Positions 18,244 through 28,395 of a DNA stretch of 64,000 bases are shown piece after piece. How positions within the stretch are numbered: the stretch's first letter is position 1; each line of letters starts with the position of its first letter. Position numbers and translations under genes: made by a program. The DNA is from an uncultured Candidatus Binatia bacterium (lineage in GTDB: Bacteria; Desulfobacterota; Binatia; Bin18): positions 1,985,684-2,049,683 of the forward strand of contig OY282457.1 in the NCBI GenBank assembly GCA_958296235.1. Direction: 5' to 3'. The notes under the pieces were generated by a model. The model was not told the DNA's origin. It did no database searches and saw only the letters and a program-made list of their open reading frames with translations.

Positions 18244-19428
18244 TTGAGGAATGGAGCCATTATGCGTCAACGCCTTCGCTTCGGTGCTTTTCTTGCCCCC
18301 CACCATCCGCTGGGGGAACATCCAACCCTTCAATTTCAGCGCGACCTCGCATTAGCCACATTTCTGGACGAACTCCAGTTCGACGAGTTCTGGGTCGGTG
18401 AGCATCACTCGGCCGGCTGGGAAACAATCGGTTCGCCGGAAATGTTCCTGGTCGCGGCCGCGGAGCGGACGCAGCGCATCCGGCTGGGGACCGGTGTGAT
18501 TTCCGTACCGTACCACCACCCCTTTAATATCGCTCAGCGCATCGTCCACCTCGACCATCTGAGCCGTGGCCGGGCCATCCTCGGCGTAGGTCCGGGCGCC
18601 TTGCCGTCTGACGCGGTGATGCTGGGCATAGACCCCAGCACGCAACGCGACCGTATGGATGAGGGGCTGGGTGTTGTCCTGCGTCTGCTGAACGAGGACG
18701 AGCCGATTACAGTCGAAAGCGATTGGTTCACGCTGCGCGAAGCCGCCTTACAATTACGACCGCTCCAGGATGAGATTCCAGTGGCCGTTGCCTCATCGAT
18801 CTCTCCGGCTGGCATGAAAGCCGCGGGCAAGTACGGCGTCGGCGTGCTTTCCATTGCATCGTACCTGGAAGAAGGGCTGACCGCGCTGCCAACGCAGTGG
18901 GGCTGGGGTGAAACCTCAGCCCGTGAGCACGGCCAGCGTCTCGACCAGGCAAACTGGCGCATTGTGATGCCCTTTCATCTGTCCTCCTCAAAGGAACACG
19001 CCTACCGCGAGGTGGCCGACGGGCTGCAGCGCTGGCAGAACGAGTATATTGTCGGCACCCTCGGCACACCAAAACGCAAGCCGTTTGAGGATGGCTATCG
19101 GGCGGCCCGAAGCCTGGACGAACACGGCGGGGGCATTTTCGGCACGCCCGAAGACGCGCTTGAAAAAATCGCCCACCTCCAGGAACTCTCGGGCGGTTTC
19201 GGCACGCTGTTGTGCTTTGTCCACGACTGGACGCCGCCGGACCTGGCCCGCAAGAGCTACGACCTCCTGGCGCGGCACGTGATGCCCCACACCCAGGGCT
19301 TGCTACGGCGGCTGGAGACCTCGGCAGAGCGGGTGTCCGCGAACAAGAAGGAGCTGATGAACAAGGCCGGCGGAGCGATTTTGAAAGCCATTCGCGAGTA
19401 CAACGCCGAACATCCACGCGAGCAATAG
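18244..19428 (+). CDS. LLM-class (luciferase-like) flavin-dependent oxidoreductase
   Basis: FDEFWVGEHH..., a TIM-barrel LLM signature over 394 aa. Confidence 0.8.
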   Translation: MRNGAIMRQRLRFGAFLAPHHPLGEHPTLQFQRDLALATFLDELQFDEFWVGEHHSAGWETIGSPEMFLVAAAERTQRIRLGTGVISVPYHHPFNIAQRIVHLDHLSRGRAILGVGPGALPSDAVMLGIDPSTQRDRMDEGLGVVLRLLNEDEPITVESDWFTLREAALQLRPLQDEIPVAVASSISPAGMKAAGKYGVGVLSIASYLEEGLTALPTQWGWGETSAREHGQRLDQANWRIVMPFHLSSSKEHAYREVADGLQRWQNEYIVGTLGTPKRKPFEDGYRAARSLDEHGGGIFGTPEDALEKIAHLQELSGGFGTLLCFVHDWTPPDLARKSYDLLARHVMPHTQGLLRRLETSAERVSANKKELMNKAGGAILKAIREYNAEHPREQ

Positions 19429-19431
19429 GGC

Positions 19432-20214
19432 ATGGGTATTTTTACGGGAAAAGTCAGCGTTGTGACCGGCGCCAGCCGCGGCCTGGGAAAACCCATTGCG
19501 GTTGAGTTGGCAGAAGCCGGCGCGCGGCTGGCCTGCGTTGCCACGCGGGCCGAAAACGCGGCAGAGACGGTTGCCGAGATCAAGCGTCAGGGCGGAGAGG
19601 CGAGCGCGTTTGGCTGTCATGTCGAGCGGGCGGACGAGGTCACCCGCTTGTTTGCCGAAGTGGAGAAGCAGCTCGGACCGGTCGATATCCTGGTCAATAA
19701 TGCCGGCATCACGCGCCCGCAGTTGACGCTGGAAATGACCGAGGAGAACTGGGACCAGCATATGGACATCAATGTGAAGTCCATTTTCCTGTGCTCTCAG
19801 GCCGCGGCGCGTCACATGACGCAGCACGGCGGCGGCTGCATTATCAATATCGGCTCGATTCTAGGCCGCAACGCCTTCCCGGCCACACTCGGGTACTGCA
19901 CCTCAAAAGCCGCGGTGGATCACATGACCAGGGTCATGGCGATCGAATGGGCCCGGTATGGCATTCGCGTCAACTGTATCGCGCCGGGTTATATCGAGTC
20001 GGACATGATCGACGGCCTTGAAGCGGACGGCAAGCTGACCGCGATCGATTTAATCAAGCGCACGCCCCAACGGCGGCTGGGCTCGGAGACGGACATTGCC
20101 AAAGCCGTGCGCTTTGTGGCCAGTGAGGACGCTGGTTTTATGACCGGCGAAGTCATGGTCATCGACGGCGGCTGGACTGCATTTGGGTATTATCAAACGA
20201 GAGGAGGTAAATGA
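19432..20214 (+). CDS. SDR oxidoreductase (FabG-like 3-oxoacyl reductase)
   Basis: VTGASRGLG, NNAGI and YCTSKAAV motifs. Confidence 0.85.
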   Translation: MGIFTGKVSVVTGASRGLGKPIAVELAEAGARLACVATRAENAAETVAEIKRQGGEASAFGCHVERADEVTRLFAEVEKQLGPVDILVNNAGITRPQLTLEMTEENWDQHMDINVKSIFLCSQAAARHMTQHGGGCIINIGSILGRNAFPATLGYCTSKAAVDHMTRVMAIEWARYGIRVNCIAPGYIESDMIDGLEADGKLTAIDLIKRTPQRRLGSETDIAKAVRFVASEDAGFMTGEVMVIDGGWTAFGYYQTRGGK

Positions 20215-20217
20215 GAG

Positions 20218-21171
20218 ATGAAGATGAGGCATGTATATACATTAGTATTTTTTATCGTCGTGGCCTGGGTGTTTGGGCCGACCCCGGCACGGGCGGGTTC
20301 GGGCTTTTACCTCAGCAGCGAGTTGGGGGCCAACTTCGCCTCCGGGGTGGACCTCAATGAATACGACAACGACCGGGCCAGCCACTGCGACGAATTCCAC
20401 AACCCGCTGTATGCGTCCGTTCCCGAATGCACAGACCCCGCGGGCCGGGGCGACCGTTGGATGAGCGAATTCGACGATGCCGAGGGTATTCTGGCCGGCA
20501 CCGCGGCCGGCTACAGCCTGCGGGACCGCTTCCCGGACTACTTTCTGGGCCGCTTCCGGCTGGAGTTGGAATACTTCTACCGCAACTCCGAATACGACCA
20601 GAAAGCCGACATCATGACCGGGGCCGACGGGGGTGGCTCGGTCGGCGAAAAGCTGGCCGGGGAGATCGTGCAGGCCGAAGCCACGGTCGACGGTATCGCC
20701 TCGCATAATCTGTTCGGGAACCTGTATTTCGACTTTTTCAACTCCAGCCGCTTCACGCCCTACATCGGCTTCGGGGTCGGCGTCGGCTTCACGGACATGG
20801 AGTATGGGAATCTGTGGGTCCGCAATATCGACCCGGAGCGCAGCACGGCCGGCGCGGGCTTGCCCAATGTGGACCAGATCCGCCAGAGCCTCGCCGGCAC
20901 AGTCACCAGCGAGCAGGCCGACCTGAGCGACACACTGTTCGGCTACCAGGTGTTGTTCGGCGTGGACTACGCGCTGACGGAAGCACTGTCACTCGGTGTC
21001 AAGGGCCGCTGGGTCAACTTCGACAGCTTCAAGGACAGCAGCCCGTGGGACCGCTTGCGCAGCCACGACTCCCAACTGAGACTCGACGGCAGCGAACCGG
21101 TGCTGCACCACGTCCCGACCGATGACATGGAAATGTTCGGCGTCAGCCTGAACCTGAAATATCATTTCTAG
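20218..21171 (+). CDS. Outer-membrane beta-barrel protein (OmpW/opacity-like), paralog 1
   Basis: Signal peptide (..ARAGSGFYLSS) and alternating amphipathic strands. The C-terminal LNLKYHF ends in Phe. Confidence 0.6.
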   Translation: MKMRHVYTLVFFIVVAWVFGPTPARAGSGFYLSSELGANFASGVDLNEYDNDRASHCDEFHNPLYASVPECTDPAGRGDRWMSEFDDAEGILAGTAAGYSLRDRFPDYFLGRFRLELEYFYRNSEYDQKADIMTGADGGGSVGEKLAGEIVQAEATVDGIASHNLFGNLYFDFFNSSRFTPYIGFGVGVGFTDMEYGNLWVRNIDPERSTAGAGLPNVDQIRQSLAGTVTSEQADLSDTLFGYQVLFGVDYALTEALSLGVKGRWVNFDSFKDSSPWDRLRSHDSQLRLDGSEPVLHHVPTDDMEMFGVSLNLKYHF

Positions 21172-21227
21172 GCGGTTCCGGCCGCGCGGCCGCCTGTGGC
21201 CCGACGCAGAACGGGAAGGAGGACAGG

Positions 21228-22163
21228 ATGCCTATACGACGGACATTCCTGGCGGTGGCGGCTGCCATCGGTCTGCTCGTGCCGGGTTCTGCGCGCGCCG
21301 GGTTCTATCTGAGCGGCGACATCGGGGCCAATTTCGCCTCCGGGCCAGATCTGGAGGGACGCGACAACGACCGGGGCGGCGTGTGCGACGAGTTCATCAA
21401 TCCGCTGTTTGCCGACGTGCCCGGTTGTACCGACCCTATCCGACGGGGCGACAGTTGGATGAGCAAATTCGACGGCGCCGTGGGCATTCTGGCCGGCACC
21501 GCGGCCGGCTACAGCCTCCAGGACCGGTTTCCTGATCACCTGCTCGGCCGTTTCCGCTTGGAGATGGAGTACTTCTACCGCAACTCAGAATACGACCGGG
21601 ACGCCGACATTCGGTTCGGCTCGGGAGCGTCAGTCGCCGCGCATCAGAACGGTGAACTCGTGCTGGCGGAAGATCGGCTGGGCAGCATTGCCGGGCACAA
21701 CCTGTTCGGGAACCTGTATTTCGATTTCTTCAACACCAGCCGCCTCACGCCCTACGTGGGCTTCGGGGTCGGCCTTGGCTTCACCAATGTAGACTATGGA
21801 ACGCTCGGGGCGCTGAATACCGACCCGGCCCGCATCACTTCCGGTGCGGATTTATCCAACGCGGATCAGATCCGCCGGAACCTCGCCGGGACGGTCGTGA
21901 GCGAGCAGACCAACCTCGACGATACGTTGTTCGGCTACCAAGTCCTGTTTGGGGCAGACTACGCGATTACGGAAGCGCTGTCGTTGGGCGTGAAGGGCCG
22001 CTGGGTCGCCTTCGACACATTCCGGGACGGTGGAGGGTGGGACCGTCTGCGCAGCCACGAGTCCCAACTCAGACTCGATGGCAGCGAACCGGTCGCTTAC
22101 AAGATCAAGCTTGACGACATCGAGTTATTCGGCGTCAGCCTGAACCTGAAGTACCACTTCTAG
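21228..22163 (+). CDS. Outer-membrane beta-barrel protein, paralog 2 (tandem duplicate)
   Basis: About 70% identical to the preceding gene along its length, with the same C-terminal LNLKYHF. Confidence 0.6.
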   Translation: MPIRRTFLAVAAAIGLLVPGSARAGFYLSGDIGANFASGPDLEGRDNDRGGVCDEFINPLFADVPGCTDPIRRGDSWMSKFDGAVGILAGTAAGYSLQDRFPDHLLGRFRLEMEYFYRNSEYDRDADIRFGSGASVAAHQNGELVLAEDRLGSIAGHNLFGNLYFDFFNTSRLTPYVGFGVGLGFTNVDYGTLGALNTDPARITSGADLSNADQIRRNLAGTVVSEQTNLDDTLFGYQVLFGADYAITEALSLGVKGRWVAFDTFRDGGGWDRLRSHESQLRLDGSEPVAYKIKLDDIELFGVSLNLKYHF

Positions 22164-22234
22164 TATCTCAGAGTCAGGCCGCGGCCCGGACCAAAGGCCC
22201 GGCAACCGTCTCAGCCGGACGCTCTTAGGCTTCA

Positions 22235-22310
22235 CGAACCGGGCGGACGCGCTGGTTATAGAGCATTTTGCGCAGAGTGAATCTCAGGACGGCTCGTTCG
22301 GGGCGCGGGA
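22235..22310. repeat. Copy A of a ~75-bp element derived from a GST-gene 3' end
   Basis: About 95% identical to 23750-23827. On the minus strand it encodes ..LRKMLYNQRVRPVREA*, against the GST C-terminus QLRKMLYNQRARPVPE*. Confidence 0.7.
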
Positions 22311-22484
22311 CAATTGCTGCGCCGTGTTCTTGCAGACCCGGAGATTACGGGGCTGGAGCGCGTTCGGGTATTGCTACGATCCAAAGGAGCGCCAGCTATC
22401 TTTCTTTTTTCACCTGCGCTATGCTGCTGGGCTTCTGAAGACGAGCGTCAGAATATTACCACGCTCCAAAGGAGGATACGGACT

Positions 22485-23582
22485 ATGACAGCACGACTCG
22501 ATTCGCCGATGCAGATCGGCATGGCTGCGATCTGCCAAAACCCGGCGCAGAAAATCTCGGACTATGAGGTCTACAAAAATGAGATTCGGTTGGCCGATTT
22601 GGCCGAGCCGCTTGGATTTGATTCGATTTGGAGCGTTGAGCACCACTTTACCGATTACACTATGGTGCCCGATGTGCTCCAGTTCCTGACCTATATGGCC
22701 GGTCGGACCAAGACGGTGAAGCTGGGCTCGATGGTCGTCGTACTGCCCTGGCACGATCCCATGCGGGCGGCAGAAGAAATTGCGATGCTGGACGATATGT
22801 GCGACGGGCGGTTGATTCTGGGGCTTGGGCGCGGCGCCGGGCAGGTTGAGTTCGAGGGCTTCCGGGTCGATATGGGTGAGTCCCGCGAACGCTTTGTCGA
22901 GGCCGCGGATATGGTTCTGACCGGACTCGAACGGGGCTACTGCGAGTATGCGGGTCAGTATTATACCCAGCCCAAGAAAGACATCCGTCCCAAGCCGTTC
23001 AAATCCTTTAAGGGCCGGACGTATGCCGCCGCGGTTTCACCCGAGTCGTCCGAGATCATGGCCCGTCTGGGCGTCGGCATCCTGATCATTCCCCAGAAGC
23101 CGTGGGAAGACGTAGCGGTGGAATTGGATACGTACCGGACGATCTACCGTGAGGCCAACGCTGCCGAGGCGCCGGCGCCGGTCGCCGGCGGCTGGGTCTT
23201 TTGCGATAAGGATGCCGGCCGTGCCGAAGAGCTGGCTCGGCGCTACATCGGCGCTTACTGGCAGTCGGCCATGAAGCATTACGATTTTGGTGGTGACCAT
23301 TTCGCCAAGACCAAGGGCTACGAATACTACGGCAAGATGTCTGAGGCCATGGGCAGTGTCGAGGGCGTGACCGACTTTTTCCTCAACCTCCAGGTCTGGG
23401 GCACGCCGGACCAGTGTTTTGAAAAAGTCCTTGAGATCCGTTCCAAGATTGGCTGCGATGCCTTCACCGGTGTGTTCAGCTATGGCGGCATGCCGTATGA
23501 GGACAGTGAGCAGAGCATGCGGCTGTTCGCGGCCGAGGTCATGCCGCGCTTGCAGCAGTTGGACCAAAAAGCGGTGGCCTAG
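22485..23582 (+). CDS. LLM-class flavin-dependent oxidoreductase
   Basis: Start at MTARLD (RBS aaaggagg). LGFDSIWSVEHHF.. is an LLM signature. Confidence 0.8.
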   Translation: MTARLDSPMQIGMAAICQNPAQKISDYEVYKNEIRLADLAEPLGFDSIWSVEHHFTDYTMVPDVLQFLTYMAGRTKTVKLGSMVVVLPWHDPMRAAEEIAMLDDMCDGRLILGLGRGAGQVEFEGFRVDMGESRERFVEAADMVLTGLERGYCEYAGQYYTQPKKDIRPKPFKSFKGRTYAAAVSPESSEIMARLGVGILIIPQKPWEDVAVELDTYRTIYREANAAEAPAPVAGGWVFCDKDAGRAEELARRYIGAYWQSAMKHYDFGGDHFAKTKGYEYYGKMSEAMGSVEGVTDFFLNLQVWGTPDQCFEKVLEIRSKIGCDAFTGVFSYGGMPYEDSEQSMRLFAAEVMPRLQQLDQKAVA

Positions 23583-23744
23583 TCAGCCGTCCGTCCTGTT
23601 CGGAACATCCCCCTCCCCCCCTTTAACCAAAATACGGCGAGGCCCCAAGGGAAATACCCTGGGGCCTTGCGTGAATTGATGCGCTACCAGAACTGGCTGT
23701 CGCAGCTGTGGCTCGGGTGAGCGTCGCCTCACCCGACACTCCAA

Positions 23745-23827
23745 CTATTCCGGGACCGGGCGGGCGCGCTGGTTTATAGAGCATTTTGCGCAGAGTGAAT
23801 CTCAGGGTGGCTCGTTCGGGGCGCGGG
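23745..23827. repeat. Copy B of the GST-3'-end-derived element
   Basis: ctattccgggaccgggcgggcgcgctggttTatagagcattttgcgcag... matches the true GST 3' end (25800-25847) with 2 mismatches, then continues like copy A. Confidence 0.7.
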
Positions 23828-25741
23828 GGGCAGCACCGCCCTCACTTCCTGTCTGTAAGGAACCAACTCTCCATACGGCCCCCATACCACGGGTATCCAC
23901 AGCAGCAACGCCTCCGCTTCATGTCTGTGAGGAGCCAGCTCCAACGCTTTGTCACGATAGCGTATTGCCGTTTCTGCGTATGCTGGACCGGAGGCGGCTA
24001 TTGTCCCATAGAGCCTTGCCAGCGCCAGGTAGACCCGCCAATTCTCGGGTTCGCTGTCGATGGCCGCGGCCGCCTCGGTATCCACGAGCACGAGCAGCCT
24101 GCTCTTGGACAATATGCCGAGCATTGGCCAGAGTCTCGCTACATTGTCAAACAGGACCAGTCTGGGATAGTTCGCGAGTGGCTTGAAGTCGGTCAGCGCC
24201 TGCTCGAAACAGTCGAGGGCTTGATCGAAGGTGCTTGTCGGAGCGACCATTCGTCTGACAGCGCTGGCCGCTGAGTATTGCGCCTGGTTGGTGAGGAGAC
24301 CCACCCCCACCAGGGCGAGCGCTCCCACGCCCAGGCCGATGCGAAGCCCGGTGTGCCAACCGGTCGCTCTGCGCCGCCGGGCCGGCGCTCTCTCTCCCCT
24401 GCCCCTTTCGAGGGTAACGACGAAAGCGAGCAGCAGGCTATACTGGAGAGAAGTGGTGGGGATATTGAAAAAGAACTGACTCTGCACGAAATGGCCCATC
24501 AAGGTCGCGCCGACAAACAGCGTCAGCACTTGCTCTCTGAAATCCATTGTCCCTGTGGCGGCGCGCACCACGACGGAGAATGTGAGTGCCCAGAGAGCAA
24601 GGTAGCTCGACAGACCGAACAGGCCCGCTGTCGTAAGCACTTCGAACATCTCGCCATGTGCCGCATCGCTGATCTTTATAGAGCTCCCGAGTCCAGAGGC
24701 ATACCGGCCGAAGACCACTATATAATTCTCCGGACCCCAGCCCAGGAGCGGCTCATCGACGAATCCTTTCACACCTGCTTCCCAGAGCGCTAGGCGGCCT
24801 CGAATGCTGAGAAACTTTTCGCCCGGTAACACTTCGCTTGTCCTGGGTGCGAACGCACTGTGGGGTGGTATGTTGAACGGTAAGATATCGGGCGTGAGAA
24901 ACACCGACGCAATCAGGATGGCCGCGCCGCCAAGGGTGCCGGTCAATCCAATTGCGGCCAGCCGAACAGGTCGCCTCCTCGCCAGAAACACAAATAGTAC
25001 TGCTGAGAAGCCCAGACCCAGGATAAGTCCGAGGAGCGCCCCCCGGGTGCCGGTCAAGATGAGGACCCAAATATTGATAAGTGCCGTGCCGCCCCAGAAG
25101 CATCTCCCGCCCCAGAGCAGGAGAAAAAAGTTCTTCCCAATCCGCTGCGCCGGGATGAACGACCGTATGAGGAAACCCAGGGCGAGGATGACGTTGACCA
25201 GCATGTAGGTGCCGAGATAGGTCGGGTTGCCGAACGAGGCAGATTCCCTATATGGGCTGAAGGCGAAAAGCGAGAAGTCCACGTTGGCGGAGTACTGACT
25301 AAGGGCCAGCAGGGCCACTATCAGACTGACACCCAGATTGAGGTTCAGCAGAACGCCCCAGCCCCGGAAAGTTCGGACCACGGACGCCACAACGACAGTG
25401 AAGACAAACCAATGGGCCAGGTCCACCACGCCCTGCATCCGTTCATAGGTTGACCAGAAACTCCGCTGGACGCTGACCCCAAAGCAGGCTGCAAGTATTG
25501 CCACGCCGAGGGAAAGGGCAAGCAGTATCAGCAACCACGAACGCGGCGGACGATAGGCAGGGCGCAAGATAGCGAGCAGCGCCCAGAGACCGAGGATGAT
25601 CTCGATAATAGTCCGCGAATACAGGGCCTTCCCCACGATGAAAGGGAAAATCGTCTGAGGGGTGACGACCAGGGGCATCAGGAGGAGCAGGCCCAAGCCG
25701 GTCCAGATACCGGAAAGCAGGGCTTTTTCTAACATGCGCAC
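23774..25741 (-). CDS. O-antigen ligase/polymerase-like polytopic membrane protein with a C-terminal TPR region
   Basis: Ten-plus TM helices with a WaaL-like periplasmic loop, followed by a soluble TPR-like C-terminal region. The last 13 codons are supplied by repeat copy B. Confidence 0.5.
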   Translation of the reverse strand: MRMLEKALLSGIWTGLGLLLLMPLVVTPQTIFPFIVGKALYSRTIIEIILGLWALLAILRPAYRPPRSWLLILLALSLGVAILAACFGVSVQRSFWSTYERMQGVVDLAHWFVFTVVVASVVRTFRGWGVLLNLNLGVSLIVALLALSQYSANVDFSLFAFSPYRESASFGNPTYLGTYMLVNVILALGFLIRSFIPAQRIGKNFFLLLWGGRCFWGGTALINIWVLILTGTRGALLGLILGLGFSAVLFVFLARRRPVRLAAIGLTGTLGGAAILIASVFLTPDILPFNIPPHSAFAPRTSEVLPGEKFLSIRGRLALWEAGVKGFVDEPLLGWGPENYIVVFGRYASGLGSSIKISDAAHGEMFEVLTTAGLFGLSSYLALWALTFSVVVRAATGTMDFREQVLTLFVGATLMGHFVQSQFFFNIPTTSLQYSLLLAFVVTLERGRGERAPARRRRATGWHTGLRIGLGVGALALVGVGLLTNQAQYSAASAVRRMVAPTSTFDQALDCFEQALTDFKPLANYPRLVLFDNVARLWPMLGILSKSRLLVLVDTEAAAAIDSEPENWRVYLALARLYGTIAASGPAYAETAIRYRDKALELAPHRHEAEALLLWIPVVWGPYGELVPYRQEVRAVLPPAPRTSHPEIHSAQNAL

Positions 25742-25799
25742 CTGGGGCGTTGAACGAATCTTGTAATATGAAATTTATCCCTGACGCTCAATTGAACCG

Positions 25800-26522
25800 C
25801 TATTCCGGGACCGGGCGGGCGCGCTGGTTGTAGAGCATTTTGCGCAGCTGGTCTTTCTCTTCCTGTGAGAGCTTGGAAACGTCGAACCCGAGGTCGCTGC
25901 CGACGGCCATGCCTTTTTTGACACCCTCGCGTTCCGAGAGTTCATCAGACCAGCGCTTGAAGTATTTGAACTCGTTGATGTCCTGCCCCTGCGCTTCCCA
26001 GTTGACCGCCCAGGGGTAACAGATCATGTCGGCAATAGTGTATTCGTTCCCGGCCAGATAGGGCTGCCGATATAACTGATTGTTCAGCACGCCGAACAGG
26101 CGATTGACCTCATCCGTAAAACGCCGGACCGCATAGGTCTGATCGCCCTGGTCGTCGCCCAAACGGCGAAAATGACCGCACTCGCCGCTCTTGGGGCCCT
26201 GGTTGGCCATCTGCCACATCAGCCACTGATTGACCTCGTAGCGGACGCGGACATCCTGGGGATAAAACTGGCCGGCCTTCTCGGCGATATACATCATCAT
26301 CGCCCCGGACTCGAAAATGCTGATCGGCTCGCCCCCGCCGAGCGGTTCGTGGTCCACCAGGGCTGGCATCCGATTATTCGGGCAGATCCTGAGAAACTCG
26401 TCCGTGAACTGATCCCCCTGGGCGATATTGCACGGGATCATCTTGTACGGCATGTCGCACTCTTCCAGCAGAATGGTGACTTTCTTACCGTTCGGGGTGG
26501 GCCAGTAGTGTAAATCGATCAT
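25800..26522 (-). CDS. Glutathione S-transferase (YghU/YfcG-like)
   Basis: 240 aa with an N-terminal thioredoxin-like GST fold (HYWPTPNGKKV) and a C-terminal helical domain. Confidence 0.8.
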   Translation of the reverse strand: MIDLHYWPTPNGKKVTILLEECDMPYKMIPCNIAQGDQFTDEFLRICPNNRMPALVDHEPLGGGEPISIFESGAMMMYIAEKAGQFYPQDVRVRYEVNQWLMWQMANQGPKSGECGHFRRLGDDQGDQTYAVRRFTDEVNRLFGVLNNQLYRQPYLAGNEYTIADMICYPWAVNWEAQGQDINEFKYFKRWSDELSEREGVKKGMAVGSDLGFDVSKLSQEEKDQLRKMLYNQRARPVPE

Positions 26523-26559
26523 ACGCTCTTCCTCCTGACAGTTCGTTTATCCAGTTTAT

Positions 26560-27405
26560 CTAGCTCATACTCGCCATAAACGCGGCGTACTTATCCAGAA
26601 TCGGCAAGACCTTGTCTCGGCTCTCGGACGGGACGGCGAAGATGGAGCGTTCAATCCCCAATTCCTGATACTGATTGATCACTGCTTCTTCTGCGGGGGC
26701 CATGAAAGCGGAGACGGCCAGGTCCGAGGCCTGACGGCCAAACTTTTCCGCCCGCGCGTGCATATCGCCGATCCAGCCCTTGAGGTCGGGAATTCTTGGC
26801 CCAATCGGAATCCAACCGTCGCAGTAGTTGGCGACCCGATTCAAGCCGCCTGGGGTGTGAGCGCCCAACAGAATCGGGGGATGGGGTTTCTGCAACGGTT
26901 TGGGATAGGACCAGATCGGATCAAAGTTCACAAACTCGCCGTGATACTCGGCTTCCTCTTCGGTCCAGATGGCTTTCATGGCCTCAATTTTTTCCCGCAA
27001 AATCTTCCAGCGACGGTCAAAGGGCGTGCCGTGGTTTTCCATTTCTTCGGCATTCCAGCCACCGCCGATCCCGAACAATAAGCGGCCGTTCGAGAGGTGG
27101 TCTACTGTAGCCACTTCCTTGGCGAGCTTAATCGGGTCGTGCTCCTGCACCAGGCAGATGCCACTGCCGACGTTGATCGTCTTCGTGACAGCCGCGGCGG
27201 CCATCAGCGACGCGAACAAATCGTGGGTATGCCAATAGTCTTTGGGTAACTCTCCGCCACCCGGCCACGGACTGCGCCGACTGGCGGGGATATGGGTATG
27301 CTCTGGATACCAGACCGACTCAAAGCCGCGGTCCTCGCACTCTTTGGCAAACTCGTCAGGACGGATGGCGTAATCCGTGGCGAACATGACAACACCAAAT
27401 TTCAT
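26560..27405 (-). CDS. LLM-class (probably F420-dependent) oxidoreductase
   Basis: Start at MKFGV (RBS ggagg). Pattern typical of F420-dependent LLMs (..VWYPEH.., GGGWN..). Confidence 0.75.
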   Translation of the reverse strand: MKFGVVMFATDYAIRPDEFAKECEDRGFESVWYPEHTHIPASRRSPWPGGGELPKDYWHTHDLFASLMAAAAVTKTINVGSGICLVQEHDPIKLAKEVATVDHLSNGRLLFGIGGGWNAEEMENHGTPFDRRWKILREKIEAMKAIWTEEEAEYHGEFVNFDPIWSYPKPLQKPHPPILLGAHTPGGLNRVANYCDGWIPIGPRIPDLKGWIGDMHARAEKFGRQASDLAVSAFMAPAEEAVINQYQELGIERSIFAVPSESRDKVLPILDKYAAFMASMS

Positions 27406-27478
27406 ACTCTCCTCCTTTTCATTGAAAACTCTCCGCACTTCATGCGAATTCCGCAGAAGAGTCAAGCCGCAATCTGCT

Positions 27479-28228
27479 CTACCACGGCTCAACCCACGGC
27501 CGCAGCACAACCTCAAAGGCCCAGGTCGAGCGGGGCTGACGGTGGAGTTGCAGATAGGTCTCGGCAATGGAATCCGGGTCGGCCATATTGTCGTCCACCG
27601 TTGTCCCTGCCAGGCGATGCCAGCGGGTGCCGTCTTCCTGAGTCCACCCGATCGCCGCGTCAATCGGTACATGGGCGATGTGGATGCCCTTGGGCATGAG
27701 TTCTCTGGCCATACTCTGGGCCAGGCCCGATTTGCCCTGACAGGCCATCGCAAACGCGCCACTCCGCGGGTAGCCCTTATAGGCCGCGCTGGCATTGGTG
27801 AAGATAATAGTGCCCCGGTGCCCGTCGGCACCGGGCCGGCTGGCCAGCATGCTTTTTGTCGCCTGTTGACCCACGAGGAAGGCGCTGTACGCGGAGTTCA
27901 GCAGGGTGTCGCGGACCAGGCCGGGATCGGCCTCCGCGAGGTCTTTACGGAAAATGTCCGGGGTCCGGCCATCAATATTGTGCACAACCAGCGTAGGCCG
28001 TCCAAGGTCAGCCTGCACCGCTTGAAACAGGGCCTCCACGGCCTCGGGCTCTCGCGCGTCGCACGCATAGCACCGCACGCCATACTCGCTCGTCAATTGC
28101 TTGAGCGCGGGTTTATCCGGGGTGCGGGCGGCAACGGCCACCTGCATGCCTTCGCGGGAAAAAAGCCGGGCGCAACTCGCGCTTGTTCCCGGACCGCCCC
28201 CGACGATCAGGGCTACCTCTGTTGTCAT
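27479..28228 (-). CDS. SDR-family oxidoreductase
   Basis: LIVGGGPGTSAS Rossmann motif, 249 aa. Confidence 0.7.
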   Translation of the reverse strand: MTTEVALIVGGGPGTSASCARLFSREGMQVAVAARTPDKPALKQLTSEYGVRCYACDAREPEAVEALFQAVQADLGRPTLVVHNIDGRTPDIFRKDLAEADPGLVRDTLLNSAYSAFLVGQQATKSMLASRPGADGHRGTIIFTNASAAYKGYPRSGAFAMACQGKSGLAQSMARELMPKGIHIAHVPIDAAIGWTQEDGTRWHRLAGTTVDDNMADPDSIAETYLQLHRQPRSTWAFEVVLRPWVEPW

Positions 28229-28395
28229 AGACTTCTCCTCTCGGGTGGTGTGGAACAGGCTAGGGTTCCGTTTGTTCTAGCCATGCGCTGCCACCTGTGT
28301 CGTCACTCGCGAGCGTAGTCAATAGACCGGGACTGTCAAGTAACAGGAGGCGGACACACAGGCGCAATTATCAAGCTCGCCAAGGATGTGCGCCT

